Assembly: GCA_964016885.1 (NCBI GenBank)
Contig: OZ024742.1
Coordinates: 344,782,001-344,846,000, forward strand
Reading direction: 5' to 3'
Source: Eledone cirrhosa
Taxonomy: Eukaryota
Length of the DNA stretch: 64,000 bases
Positions 12,001 to 26,600 of the stretch are shown one piece after another; the stretch's first letter is position 1; every line of letters starts with the position of its first letter. The position numbers and the translations under genes are program-made. The notes under the pieces were generated by a model. The model saw nothing but the letters and a program-made list of their open reading frames with translations, was not told where the DNA came from and did no database searches.

Positions 12001-15000
12001 AGCTAGGGAACCCTGGTAAACTTGTTAATACTGTTAGTAGACTTCCAGGAAGTTAGGGAACCATGGTATACTTGTTAATACTCTTAGTAGATTTCCAGGA
12101 AGTTAGGGAACCCTGGTATACTTGTTAATTGTGTTAGTAGACTTTCAGGAATGTAGGGAACCATGGTATACTTGTTAATACTGTTAGTAAACTTCCAGGA
12201 ATCTAGGGAACCCTGGTATACTTGTTAATACTGTTAGTAGACTTCCAGGAAGGTAGGGAACCCTGGTATACTTGTTAATACTGTTAGTAGACTTCCAGGA
12301 AGTTAGGGAACCATGGTATACTTTTTAATACTGTTAGTAGATTTCCAGGACGTTACCGAACCATGGTATACTTGTTAATATTGTTAGTAGACTTTCAGGA
12401 AGCTAGGGAACCCTGGTATACTTGTTAATACTGTTAGTTGATTTCCAGGAAGTTAGGGAACCAGGGTATACTTGTTAAACTGTTAGTAGACTTCCAGGAA
12501 GATAGGGAACCCTGGTATACTTGTTAATAGTGTTAGTAGATTTCCAGGAAGTTAGGGAACCCTGGTATATATGTTAATACTGTTAGTAGACTTCCAGGAA
12601 GTTGCGGAACCCTGGTATACTTGTTAATAATGTTAGTAGACTTCCTGGAAGTTAGGGAACCCTGGTATACTTGTTAATATTGTTAGTAGACTTCCAGGAA
12701 GCTAGGGAACCCTGGTATACTTGTTAATACTGTTAGTAGACTGCCAGGAAGTTAGGGAACCCTGGTATACTTGTTAATACTGTTAGTAGATTTCCAGGAA
12801 GTTAGGGAACCATGGTATACTTGTTAATACTGATAGTAGATTTCCAGGAAGTTAGAGAACCCTGGTATACTTGTTAATTCTGTTAGTAGACTTTCAGGAA
12901 GGTAGGAAACCATGGTACACTAGTTAATACTGTTAGTAGACTTTCAGGATGCTAGGGAACCCTGGTATACTTGTTAATACTGTTAGTAGACTTCCAGGAA
13001 GGTAGGTAACCCTGGTATACTTGTTAATATTGTTAGTAGACTTCCAGGAATTTAGGGATCCATGGTATAGTTTTTAATACTGTTAGTAGATTTCCATGAA
13101 GTTAGGGAACCATGGTATACTAGTTAATACTGTTAGTAGACTTTCAGGAAGCTAGGTAACCCTGGTATACTTGTTAATACTGTCAGTAGACTTCCAGGAA
13201 GTTAGGGTACCCTGGTATACTTGTTAATTATGTTAGTAGACTTTCAGGAAGGTAGGGAACCATGGTATACTTGTTAATACTGTTAGTAGACTTCCAGGAA
13301 TCTAGGGAACCCTGGTATACTTGTTAATACTGTTAGTAGACTTCCAGGAAGGTAGGTAACCCTGGTATACTTGTTAATACTGTTAGTAGACTTCCAGGAA
13401 GTTAGGGACCCATAGTATACTTTTTAATAGTGTTAGTAGGTTTCCATGAAGTTAGGGAACCATGGTATACTTGTTAATTCTGTTAGTAGACTTTCAGGAA
13501 GTTAGGGAACTATGGTATACTTGTTAATACTGTTAGTAGACTTCCAGGAAGCTAGGGAACCCTGGTATACTTGTTAATTCTGTTAGTAGACTTTCAGGAA
13601 GGTAGGGAACCATGTTATACTTGTTAATACTGTTAGTAGACTTCCAAGAAGCTAGGAAACCTTGGTATACTTGTTAATAATGTTAGTAGACTTCCAGGAA
13701 GTTAGGGAACCCTGGTATACTTGGTAATACTGTTCGTAGACTTCCAGGAAGATAGGGAACCCTGGTATGCTTGTTAATACTGTTAGTAGATTTCCAGGAA
13801 GTTAGGGAACCATGGTATACTTGTTAATACTGTTAGTAGACTTTCAGGACGCTAGGGAACCATGGTATACTTGTTAAACTGTTAGTAGACTTCCAGGAAG
13901 ATAGGGAACCCTGGTATACTTGTTAATACTGTTAGTAGATTTCCAGGAAGCTAGGGAACCCTGGTATACTTGTTAATACTGTTAGTAGACTTCCAGGAAG
14001 TTAGGGAACCATGGAATACTTGTTAATACTGTTAGTAGATTTCCAGGAAGTTAGGAAACCATGGTTTTCTTGTTAATACTGTTAGTAGATTTCCAGGAAG
14101 TTAGGGAACTATGGTATACTTGTTAATACTGTTAGTAGACTTCGAGGAAGTTAGGGAACCCTGGTATACTTGTTAATACTGTTAGTAGATTTCCAGGAAG
14201 TTACGGAACCCTGGTATACTTGTTAATACTGTTAGTAGATTGCCAGGAAGTTAGGGAACCCTGGTATACATGTTAATTCTGTTAGTAGACTTTCAGGAAG
14301 GTAGGGAACCATGGTATACTTGTTAATACTGTTAGTAGACTTCCAGGAAGCTAGGGAACCCTGGTATACTTGTTAATACTGTTAGTAGACTTCCAGGAAG
14401 GTAGGTAACCCTGGTATACTTGTTAATACTGTTAGTAGACTTCCAGGAAGTTAGGGACCCATGGTATACTTTTTAATACTGTTAGTAGATTTCCATGAAG
14501 TTAGGGAACCATGGTATACTACTTAATACTGTTAGTAGACTTTCAGGAAGCGAGGGAACCCTGGTATACTTGTTAATACTGTTAGTAGACTTCCAGGAAG
14601 TTAGGGAACCCTGGTATACTTGTTAATACTGTTAGTAGACTTCCAAGAAGCTAGGAAACCTTGGTATACTTGTTAATAATGTTAGTAGACTTCCAGGAAG
14701 TTAGGGAACCCTGGTATACTTGTTAATACTGTTAGTAGACTTCCAGGAATCTAGGGAACCCTGGTATACTTGTTAATACTGTTAGTAGATTTCCAGGAAG
14801 TTAGGGAACCATGGTATACTTGTTAATACTGTTAGTAGACTTTCAGGACGCTAGGGAACCATGGTATACATGTTAAACTGTTAGTAGACTTCCAGGAAGT
14901 TGGGGAACCCTGGTATACTTGTTAATACTGTTAGTAGACTTCCGGGAAGTTAGGGAACCCTGGTATAATTGTTAATATTTTAGTAGACTTCCAGGAAGCT

Positions 15001-15950
15001 AGGGAGCGCTGTTATACTTGTTAATACTGTTAGTAGACTTCCAGGAAGTTAGGGAACCCTGGTATACTTGTTAATACTGTTAGTAGATTTCTAGGAAGAT
15101 AGGGAACCATGGTATACTTGTTAATATTGTTAGTAGACTTTCAGGAAGCTAGGGGACTCTGGTATACTTGTTAATAGTGTTAGTAGACTTCCAGGAAGGT
15201 AGGGAACCCTGGTATACTTGTTAATACTGTTAGTAGATTTCCAGGAAGTTAGGGAACCATGTTATACTTGTTAATACCGTTATCAGACTTCCGGGAAGTT
15301 AGGGAACCCTGGTATACTTGTTGATACTGTTAGTAGACTTCCATGAAGTTAGGGTACCCTGGTATACTTGTTAATACTGTTAGTAGACTTTCAGGAAGCT
15401 AGGGAACCCTGGTAAACTTGTTAATACTGTTAGTAGACTTCCAGGAAGTTAGGAACCATGGTATACTTGTTAATACTCTTAGTAGATTTCCAGGAAGTTA
15501 GGGAACCATGCTTTTCTTGTTAATACTGTTAGTAGATTTCCAGGAAGTTAGGGAACCCTGGTATACTTGTTAATTGTGTTAGTAGACTTTCAGGAATGTA
15601 GGGAACCATGGTATACTTGTTAATACTGTTAGTAAACTTCCAGGAAGCTAGGGAACCCTGGTACACTTGTTAATACTGTTAGTAGACTTCCAGGAAGTTA
15701 GGGAACCATGGTATACTTTTTAATACTGTTAGTAGATTTCCAGGAAGTTAGGGAACCATGGTACACTAGTTAATACTGTTAGTAGACTTTCAGGAAGTTA
15801 GGGAACCCTGGTATACTTGTTAATACTGTTAGTAGACTTCCAGGAAGCTAGGGAACCCTGGTATACTTGTTAATACTGTTAGTAGATTTCCAGGAAGTTA
15901 CCGAACCATGGTATACTTGTTAATATTGTTAGTAGACTTTCAGGAAGTTA
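1..15950 (+). repeat. Left sub-domain with irregular ~4-kb / ~8.4-kb higher-order repeat
   Basis: Diagnostic variants recur: CATGGTTTTCT at 1621, 5617, 10063, 14060; CATAGTATAC...GTAGGTTTCCATG at 972, 5068, 13411; GTTGCGGAAC at ~4058, ~7856, 12601. The start of the window is re-found at ~8494. Confidence 0.85.
2550..3150 (+). repeat. Short tandem duplication, 349-bp offset (7 monomers)
   Basis: The ordered set TTAGTAGCCTTCCGGGAAG, GGAGCGCTGTTA, TTTCTAGGAAGATAGG starts at 2592 and again at 2941. Confidence 0.8.
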
Positions 15951-18900
15951 GGGAATTCTCCTGGTATACTTGTTAATTCTGTTAGTAGACTTTCAGAAGG
16001 TAGGGAACCATGGTATACATGGTAATACTGTTAGTAGACTTTCAGGAAGCTAGGGAACCCTGGTATACTTGTTAATACTGTTAGTAGACTTCCAGGAAGC
16101 TAGGTAACCCTGGTAAACTTGTTAATACTGTTAGTAGATTTCCAGGATGTTAGGGAACCCTGGTATACTTGTTAATACTCTTAGTAGACTTCCAGGAAGG
16201 TACGGAACCCTGGTATACTTTTTAATACTGTTAATAGACTTCCAGGAAGTTAGAGAAACCTGGTATACTTGTTAATACTGTTAGTAGATCTCCAGGAAGT
16301 TGGGGAGCCCTGGTATACTTGTTAATACTGTTACTAGACTTTCAGGAAGGTAGGGAACCCTGGTATACTTGTTAATACTGTTAGTAGACTTTCAGGAAGT
16401 TAGGGAGCCCTGGTATACTTGTTAATACTGTTAGTAGACTTTCAGGAAGGTAGGGAACTATGGTATACTTTTTAATACTGTTAGTAGACTTCCAGGAAGC
16501 TGGGAATCCCTGGTATACTTGTTAATACTTTTAGTAGACTTCCAGGAAGTTAGGGAACCCTGGTATACTTGTTAATACTGTTAGTAGATTTCCAGAAAGT
16601 TAGGCAACCATGGTATACTTGTTAATATTGTTAGTAGACTTTCTGGAAGCTATGGAACCCTGGTATACTTGTTAATAATGTTAGTAAACTTTCAGGAAGC
16701 TAGGGAACCCTGGCACACTTGTTAATACTGTTAGTAGACTTCCAGGAAGGTAGGTAACCCTGGTATACTTGTTAATACTGTTATTAGACTTCCATGAAGG
16801 TAGGGAACCCTGGTATACTTGTTAATACTGTTAGTAGACTTCCAGGAATCTAGGGAACCCTGGTATACTTGTTAATACTGTTAGTAGATTTCCAGGAAGT
16901 TAGGGAACCATGGTATACTTGTTAATACTGTTAGTAGACTTTCAGGACGCTAGGGAAACATGGTATACTTGTTAAACTGTTAGTAGACTTCCAGGAAGAT
17001 AGGGAACCCTGGTATACTTGTTAATACTGTTAGTAGACTTCCAGGAAGTTAGGGAAATATGGTATACTTGTTAATAGTGTTAGTAGACTTCCAGGAAGTT
17101 GGGGAACAATGGTATACATGTTAATACTGTTAGTAGACTTCCAGGAATTTGGGGAACCCTGGTATACTTGTTAATACTGTTAGTAGACTTCCTGGAAGAT
17201 AGGGAACCCTGGTATACTTGTTAATACTGTTAGAAGACTTCCATGAAGTTAGGGAACACTGGTATACTTGTTAATACTGTTAGTAGATTTCCAGAAAGTT
17301 AGGGATCCATGGTATACTTGTTAATATTGTTCGTAGACTTTCCGGAAGCTAGGGAACACTGGTATACTTGTTAATACTGTTAGTGGACTTTCAGGAAGCT
17401 AGGGAACACGGGTAAACTTGTTAATACTGTTAGTAGACTTCCAGGAAGTTAGGGAACCCTGGTATATTTGTTAATACTGTTAGTAGATTTCCAGGAAGTT
17501 AGGGAACCATGGTATACTTGTTAATACTGTTAGTAGACTTCCAGGAAGTTCGGGAACCCTGATATACTTGTTAATACTGTTAGTAGATTTCCAGGATGTT
17601 AGGGAACCTTGGTATACTTGTTAATACTGTTAGTAGACTTCCAGGAAGTTAGGGAACACTGGTATACTTGTTAATACTGCTAGTAGAATTCCAGAAACCT
17701 TGGGAACCCTGGTATACTTGTTAATACTGTTAGTAGATTTCCAGGAAGCTAGGGAACCCTTGTATACTTTTTTAATATTGTTAGTAGACTTCCAGGAAGT
17801 TAGGGAACCCTGGTATACTTGTTAATACTGTTAGTAGATCTCCAGGAAGTTGGGGAGCCCTGGTATACATGTTAATACTGTTACTAGACTTTCAGGAAGC
17901 TAGGGAACCCTGGTATAATTGTTAATACTGTTAGTAGACTTTCAGGAAGGTAGGGAACCCTGGTATACTTGTTAATAGTGTTAGTAGATTTCCAGGAAGT
18001 TAGGGAACCATGGTATACTTGTTAATACCGTTATCAGACTTCCGGGAAGTTAGGGAACCCTGGTATACTTGTTGATACTGTTAGTAGACTTCCAGGAAGT
18101 TAGGGTACCCTGGTATACTTGTTACTACTGTTAGTAGACTTTCAGGAAGCTAGGGAACCCTGGTAAACTTGTTAATACTGTTAGTAGCCTTCCAGGAAGT
18201 TAGGGAACCATGGTATACTTGTTAATACTCTTAGTAGATTTCCAGGAAGTTAGGGAACCATGCTTTTCTTGTTAATACTGTTAGTAGATTTCCAGGAAGT
18301 TAGGGAACCCTGGTATACTTGTTAATTGTGTTAGTAGACTTTCAGGAATGTAGGGAACCATGGTATACTTGTTAATACTGTTAGTAAACTTCCAGGAAGC
18401 TAGGGAACCCTGGTATACTTGTTAATACTGTTAGTAGACTTCCAGGAAGGTAGGGAACCCTGGTATACTTGTTAATACTGTTAGTAGACTTCCAGGAAGT
18501 TAGGGAACCATGGTATACTTTTTAATACTGTTAGTAGATTTCCAGGAAGTTAGGGAACCATGGAACACTAGTTAATACTGTTAGTAGACTTTCAGGAAGT
18601 TAGGGAACCCTGGTATACTTGTTAATACTGTTAGTAGACTTCCAGGAAGCTAGGGAACCCTGGTATACTTGTTAATACTGTTAGTAGATTTCCAGGAAGT
18701 TACCGAACCATGGTATACTTGTTAATATTGTTAGTAGACTTTCAGGAAGCTAGGGAACCCTGGTATACTTGTTAATACTGTTAGTTGATTTCCAGGAAGT
18801 TAGGGAACCATGGTATACTTGTTAATACTGTTATTAGACTGCCAGGAAGTTAGGGAACCCTGGTATACTTTTTAATACTGTTAGTAGATTTCCAGAAAGT

Positions 18901-19811
18901 TAGGGAACCCTGGTATACTTGTTAATACTGTTAGTAGACTTCCAGGAAGTTAGGGAATTCTCCTGGTATACTTGTTAATTCTGTTAGTAGACTTTCAGAA
19001 GGTAGGGAACCATGGTATACATGTTAATACTGTTAGTAGACTTTCAGGAAGCTAGGGAACCCTGGTATACTTGTTAATACTGTTAGTAGACTTCCAGGAA
19101 GCTAGGAAACCCTGGTAAACTTGTTAATACTTTTAGTAGATTTCCAGGATGTTAGGGAACCCTGGTATACTTGTTAATACTCTTAGTAGACTTCCAGGAA
19201 GGTACGGAACCCTGGTATACTTTTTAATACTGTTAATAGACTTCCAGGAAGTTAGGGAAACCTGGTATACTTGTTAATACTGTTAGTAGATCTCCAGGAA
19301 GTTGGGGAGCCCTGGTATACTTGTTAATACTGTTACTAGACTTTCAGGAAGGTAGGGAACCCTGGTATACTTGTTAATACTGTTAGTAGACTTTCAGGAA
19401 GTTAGGGAGCCCTGGTATACTTGTTAATACTGTTAGTAGACTTTCAGGAAGGTAGGGAACTATGGTATACTTGTTAATACTGTTAGTAGACTTCCAGGAA
19501 GCTGGGAATCCCTGCTATACTTGTTAATAATTTAGTAGACTTCCAGGAAGTTAGGGAACCCTGGTATACTTGTTAATACTGTTAGTAGATTTCCAGAAAG
19601 TTAGGCAACCATGGTATACTTGTTAATATTGTTAGTAGACTTTCTGGAAGCTAGGGAACCCTGGTATACTTGTTAATACTGTTAGTAAACTTTCAGGAAG
19701 CTAGGGAACCCTGGCATACTTGTTAATACTGTTAGTAGACTTCCAGGAAGTTAGGGAACCATGGTATACTTGTTAATACTGTTAGTAGACTTTCAGGACG
19801 CTAGGGAAATA

Positions 19812-22800
19812 TGGTATACTTGTTAAACTGTTAGTAGACTTCCAGGAAGATAGGGAACCCTGGTATACTTGTTAATACTGTTAGTAGACTTCCAGGAAGT
19901 TAGGGAAATATGGTATACTTGTTAATAGTGTTAGTAGACTTCCAGGAAGTTGGGGAACAATGGTATACTTGTTAATACTGTTGGTAGACTTCCAGGAATT
20001 TGGGGAACCCTGGTATACTTGTTAATACTGTTAGTAGACTTCCTGGAAGTTAGGGAACCATGGTATACTAGTTAATATTGTTAGTAGACTTCCAGGAAGC
20101 TAGGGAACCCTGGTATACTTGTTAATACTGTTAGAAGACTTCCATGAAGTTAGGGAACCCTGGTATACTTGTTAATACTGTTAGTAGATTTCCAGAAAGT
20201 TAGGGATCCATGGTATACTTGTTAATATTGTTAGTAGACTTTCCGGAAGCTAGGGAACACTGGTATACTTGTTAATACTGTTAGTAGACTTTCAGGAAGC
20301 TAGGGAACACGGGTAAACTTGTTAATACTGTTAGTAGACTTCCAGGAAGTTAGGGAACCCTGGTATATTTGTTAATACTTTTAGTAGATTTCCAGGAAGT
20401 TAGGGAACCATGGTATACTTGTTAATATTGTTAGTAGACTTCCAGGAAGTTCGGGAACCCTGGTATACTTGTTAATACTGTTAGTAAATTTCCAGGATGT
20501 TAGGAACCTTGGTATACTTGTTAATACTGTAAGTAGATCTCCAGGAAGTTGGGGAGCCCTGGTATACTTGTTAATACTGTTACTAGACTTTCAGGAAGGT
20601 AGGGAACCCTGGTATACTTGTTAATACTGTTAGTAGACTTTCAGGAAGTTGGGGAGCCCTGGTATACTTGTTAATACTGTTAGTAGACTTCCACGAAGCT
20701 GGGGAACCCTGGTATACTTGTTAATACAGTTAGTAGACTTCCAGGAAAGTAGGGAACCCTGGTATACTTGTTAATACTGTTACTAGACTTTCAGGAAGGT
20801 AGGGAACACTGGTATACTTGTTAATACTGTTAGTAGACTTTCAGGAAGTTAGGGAGCCCTGGTATACTTGTTAATACTCTTAGTAAACTTTCAGGAAGGT
20901 AGGAAACTATGGTATACTTGTTAATACTGTTAGTAGACTTCCATGAGGCTGGGGAACCCTGGTATGCTTGTTAATACTGTTAGTAGACTTCCAGGAAGTT
21001 AGGGAACCCTGGTATACTTGTTAATACTCTTAGTAGATTTCCAGAAGTTACGCAACCATGGTATACTTGTTAATATTGTTAGTAGACTTTCAGGAAGCTA
21101 GGGAACCCTTGTATACTTGTTAATACTGTTAGAAGACTTTCAGGAAGCTAGGGAACCCTGGTATACTTGTTAATACTGTTAGTAGACTTCCAGGAGGGTA
21201 GGGAACCCTGGTATACTTGTTAATACTGTTAGTAGACTTCCAGGAATCTAGGGAATCCTGGTATACTTGTAAATACTGTTAGTAGATTTCCAGGAAGTTA
21301 GGGAACCATGGTATACTTGATAATACTGTTACTAGACTTTCAGGAAGGTAGGGAACACTGGTATACTTGTTAAACTGTTAGTAGACTTCCAGGAAGATAG
21401 GGAACCCTGGTATACTTGTTAATACTGTTAGTAGACTTCCAGGAAGTTAGGGAAATATGGTATACTTGTTAATAGTGTTAGTAGACTTCCAGGAAGTTGG
21501 GGAACAATGGTATACTTGTTAATACTGTTGGTAGACTTCCAGGAATTTGGGGAACCCTGGTATACTTGTTAATACTGTTAGTAGACTTCCTGGAAGTTAG
21601 GGAACCATGGTATACTTGTTAATATTGTTAGTAGACTTCCAGGAAGCTAGGGAACCCTGGTATACTTGTTAATACTGTTAGAAGACTTCCATGAAGTTAG
21701 GGAACCCTGGTATACTTGTTAATACTGTTAGTAGATTTCCAGAAAGTTAGGTATCCATGGTATACTTGTTAATATTGTTAGTAGACTTTCCGGAAGCTAG
21801 GGAACACTGGTATACTTGTTAATACTGTTAGTAGACTTTCAGGAAGCTAGGGAACACGGGTAAACTTGTTAATACTGTTAGTAGACTTCCAGGAAGTTAG
21901 GGAACCCTGGTATATTTGTTAATACTTTTAGTAGATTTCCAGGAAGTTAGGGAACCATGGTATACTTGTTAATACTGTTAGTAGACTTCCAGGAAGTTCG
22001 GGAACCCTGGTATACTTGTTAATACTGTTAGTAAATTTCCAGGATGTTAGGAACCTTGGTATACTTGTTAATACTGTAAGTAGATCTCCAGGAAGTTGGG
22101 GAGCCCTGGTATACTTGTTAATACTGTTACTAGACTTTCAGGAAGGTAGGGAACCCTGGTATACTTGTTAATACTGTTAGTAGACTTTCAGGAAGTTGGG
22201 GAGCCCTGGTATACTTGTTAATACTGTTAGTAGACTTCCACGAAGCTGGGGAACCCTGGTATACTTGTTAATACAGTTAGTAGACTTCCAGGAAAGTAGG
22301 GAACCCTGGTATACTTGTTAATACTGTTACTAGACTTTCAGGAAGGTAGGGAACACTGGTATACTTGTTAATACTGTTAGTAGACTTTCAGGAAGTTAGG
22401 GAGCCCTGGTATACTTGTTAATACTCTTAGTAAACTTTCAGGAAGGTAGGAAACTATGGTATACTTGTTAATACTGTTAGTAGACTTCCATGAGGCTGGG
22501 GAACCCTGGTATACTTGTTAATACTGTTAGTAGACTTCCAGGAAGTTAGGGAACCCTGGTATACTTGTTAATACTCTTAGTAGATTTCCAGAAGTTACGC
22601 AACCATGGTATACTTGTTAATATTGTTAGTAGACTTTCAGGAAGCTAGGAAACCCTTGTATACTTGTTAATACTGTTAGAAGACTTTCAGGAAGCTAGGG
22701 AACCCTGGTATACTTATTAATACTGTTAGTAGACTTCCAGGAGGGTAGGGAACCCTGGTATACTTGTTAATACTGTTAGTAGAATTCCAGGAATCTAGGG

Positions 22801-22920
22801 AACCCTGGTATACTTGTAAATACTGTTAGTAGATTTCCAGGAAGTTAGGGAACCATGGTATACTTGATAATACTGTTACTAGACTTTCAGGAAGGTAGGG
22901 AACACTGGTATACTTGTTAA
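19812..22920 (+). repeat. Near-identical tandem duplication, 1547-bp unit (31 monomers)
   Basis: Private variants at a constant offset of 1547: GTTGGTAG 19983/21530, TAGGAACCTT 20501/22048, CGCAACC 21051/22598. Confidence 0.9.
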
Positions 22921-23670
22921 TACTGTTAGTAGACTTTCAGGAAGTTGGGGAGCCCTGGTATACTTGTTAATACTGTTAGTAGACTTCCACGAAGCTGGGG
23001 AACCCTGGTATACTTGTTAATACAGTTAGTAGACTTCCAGGAAAGTAGGGAACCCTGGTATACTTGTTAATACTGTTACTAGACTTTCAGGAAGGTAGGG
23101 AACACTGGTATACTTGTTAATACTGTTAGTAGACTTTCAGGAAGTTAGGGAGCCCTGGTATACTTGTTAATACTCTTAGTAAACTTTCAGGAAGGTAGGA
23201 AACTATGGTATACTTGTTAATACTGTTAGTAGACTTCCATGAAGCTGGGGAACCCTGGTATACTTGTTAATACTGTTAGTAGACTTCCAGGAAGTTAGGG
23301 AACCCTGTTATACTTGTTAATACTCTTAGTAGATTTCCAGAAGTTACGCAACCATGGTATACTTGTTAATATTGTTAGTAGACTTTCAGGAAGCTAGGGA
23401 ACCCTTGTATACTTGTTAATACTGTTAGAAGACTTTCAGGAAGCTAGGGAACCCTGGTATACTTGTTAATACTGTTAGTAGACTTCCAGGAGGGTAGGGA
23501 ACCCTGGTATACTTGTTAATACTGTTAGTAGACTTCCAGGAATCTAGGGAACCCTGGTATACTTGTAAATACTGTTAGTAGATTTCCAGGAAGTTAGGGA
23601 ACCATGGTATACTTGATAATACTGTTACTAGACTTTCAGGAAGGTAGGGAACACTGGTATACTTGTTAAT
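22172..23670 (+). repeat. Tandem duplication, 749-bp unit (15 monomers), nested at the end of the 1547-bp duplication
   Basis: CGCAACC 22598/23347; GAGGGTAGG 22741/23490; same order of CCACG, ACAGTT, ACTAGA and GTAAAC variants. Confidence 0.85.
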
Positions 23671-26600
23671 ATTGTTAGTAGACTTTCAGGAAGCTAGGGA
23701 ACCCTGGTATACTTGTTAATACTCTTAGTAGACTTCCACGAAGTTAGGGAACCCTGGTATACTTGTTAATACTGTTAGTAGATTTCCAGGAAGTTAGGGA
23801 ACTATGGTATACTTGTTAATATTGTTAGTAGACTTTCAGGAAGCTAGGGAACCCTGGTTTACTTGTTAATACTGTTAGTAGACTTTCAGGAAGCTAGGGA
23901 ACCCTGGTATACTTCTTAATACTGTTAGTAGATTTCCAGGAAGTTAGGGAATCCTGGTATACATGTTAATACTGTTAGTAGAGTTCCAAGAAGTTAGGGA
24001 ACCCTGGTATACTTGTTAATTCTGTTAGTAGACTTTCAGAAAGGTAGGGAACCATGGTATACTTGTTAATACTGTTAGTAGATTTCCAGGAAGTTACCGA
24101 ACCATGGTATACTTGTTAATATTGTTAGTAGACTTTCAGGAAGCTAGGGAACCCTGGTATACTTGTTAATACTGTTAGTTGATTTCCAGGAAGTTAGGGA
24201 ACCATGGTATACTTGTTAATACTGTTATTAGACTTCCAGGAAGTTAGGGAACCCTGGTATACTTTTTAATACTGTTAGTAGATTTCCAGAAAGTTAGGGA
24301 ACCCTGGTATACTTGTTAATACTGTTAGTAGACTTCCAGGAAGTTAGGGAATTCTCCTGGTATACTTGTTAATTCTGTTAGTAGACTTTCAGAAGGTAGG
24401 GAACCATGGTATACATGTTAATACTGTTAGTAGACTTTCAGGAAGCTAGGGAACCCTGGTATACTTGTTAATACTGTTAGTAGATTTCCAGGATGTTAGG
24501 GAACCCTGGTATACTTGTTAATACTCTTAGTAGACTTCCAGGAAGTTGGGGAGCCCTGGTATACTTGTTAATACTGTTAGTAGACTTCCAGGATGTTAGG
24601 GAACCTTGGTATACTTGTTAATACTGTTAGTAGACTTCCAGGAAGTTAGGGAACACTGGTATACTTGTTAATACTGCTAGTAGAATTACAGGAACCTTGG
24701 CAACCCTGGTATACTTGTTAATACTGTTAGTAGATTTCCAGGAAGCTAGGGAACTCTTGTATACTTTTTTAATGTTGTTAGTAGACTTCCAGGAAGTTAG
24801 GGAACCCTGGTATACTTGTTAATACTGTAAGTAGATCTCCAGGAAGTTGGGGAGCTTTGGTATACTTGTTAATACTGTTACTAGACTTTCAGGAAGGTAG
24901 GGAACCCTGGTATACTTGTTAATACTGTTAGTAGACTTTCAGGAAGTTGGGGAGCCCTGGTATACTTGTTAATACTGTTAGTAGACTTCCACGAAGCTGG
25001 GGAACCCTGGTATACTTGTTAATACAGTTAGTAGACTTCCAGGAAAGTAGGGAACCCTGGTATACTTGTTAATACTGTTACTAGACTTTCAGGAAGGTAG
25101 GGAACACTGGTATACTTGTTAATACTGTTAGTAGACTTTCAGGAAGTTAGGGAGCCCTGGTATACTTGTTAATACTCTTAGTAAACTTTCAGGAAGGTAG
25201 GAAACTATGGTATACTTGTTAATACTGTTAGTAGACTTCCATGAAGCTGGGGAACCCTGGTATACTTGTTAATACTGTTAGTAGACTTCCAGGAAGTTAG
25301 GGAACCCTGGTATACTTGTTAATACTCTTAGTAGATTTCCAGAAGTTACGCAACCATGGTATACTTGTTAATATTGTTAGTAGACTTTCAGGAAGCTAGG
25401 GAAGCCTTGTATACTTGTTAATACTGTTAGAAGACTTTCAGGAAGCTAGGGAACCCTGGTATACTTGTTAATACTGTTAGTAGACTTCCAGGAGGGTAGG
25501 GAACCCTGGTATACTTGTTAATACTGTTAGTAGACTTCCAGGAATCTAGGGAACCTTGGTATACTTGTAAATACTGTTAGTAGATTTCCAGGAAGTTAGG
25601 GAACCATGGTATACTTGATAATACTGTTAGTAGACTTTCAGGACGCTAGGGAAACATGGTATACTTGTGAAACTGTTAGTAGACTTCCAGGAAGATAGGG
25701 AACCCTGGTATACTTGTTAATAATGTTAGTAGACTTCCAGGAAGTTAGGGAACCATGGTATACTTGTTAATAGTGTTAGTAGACTTCCAGGAAGTTGGTG
25801 AACCATGGTATACTTGTTAATACTGTTAGTAGACTTCCAGGAATTTGGGGAACCCTGGTATACTTGTTAATACTGTTAGAATACTTCCACGAAGTTAGGG
25901 AACTCTGGTATACTTGTTAATACTGTTAGTAGATTTCCAGGAAGTTAGGGAACCATGGTATACTTGTTAATATTGTTAGTAGACTTTCAGGAAGCTAGGG
26001 AACCCTGGTATACTTGTTAATACTGTTAGTAGACTTCCACGAAGTTAGGGAACCCTGGTATACTTGTTAATACTGTTAGTAGATTTCCAGGAAGTTAGGG
26101 AACCATGGTATACTTGTTAATATTGTTAGTAGACTTTCAGGAAGCTAGGGAACCCTGGTTTACTTGTTAATACTGTTAGTAGATTTCAGGAAGCTAGGGA
26201 ACCCTGGTATACTTCTTAATACTGTTAGTAGATTTCCAGGAAGTTAGGGAATCCTGGTATACATGTTAATACTGTTAGTAGAGTTCCAAGAAGTTAGGGA
26301 ACCCTGGTATACTTGTTAATTCTGTTAGTAGACTTTCAGGAAGGTAGGGAACCATGGTATACTTGTTAATACTGTTAGTAGATTTCCAGGAAGTTACCGA
26401 ACCATGGTATACTTGTTAATATTGTTAGTAGACTTTCAGGAAGCTAGGGAACCCTGGTATACTTGTTAATACTGTTAGTTGATTTCCAGGAAGTTAGGGA
26501 ACCATGGTATACTTGTTAATACTGTTATTAGACTTCCAGGAAGTTAGGGAACCCTGGTATACTTTTTAATACTGTTAGTAGATTTCCAGAAAGTTAGGGA

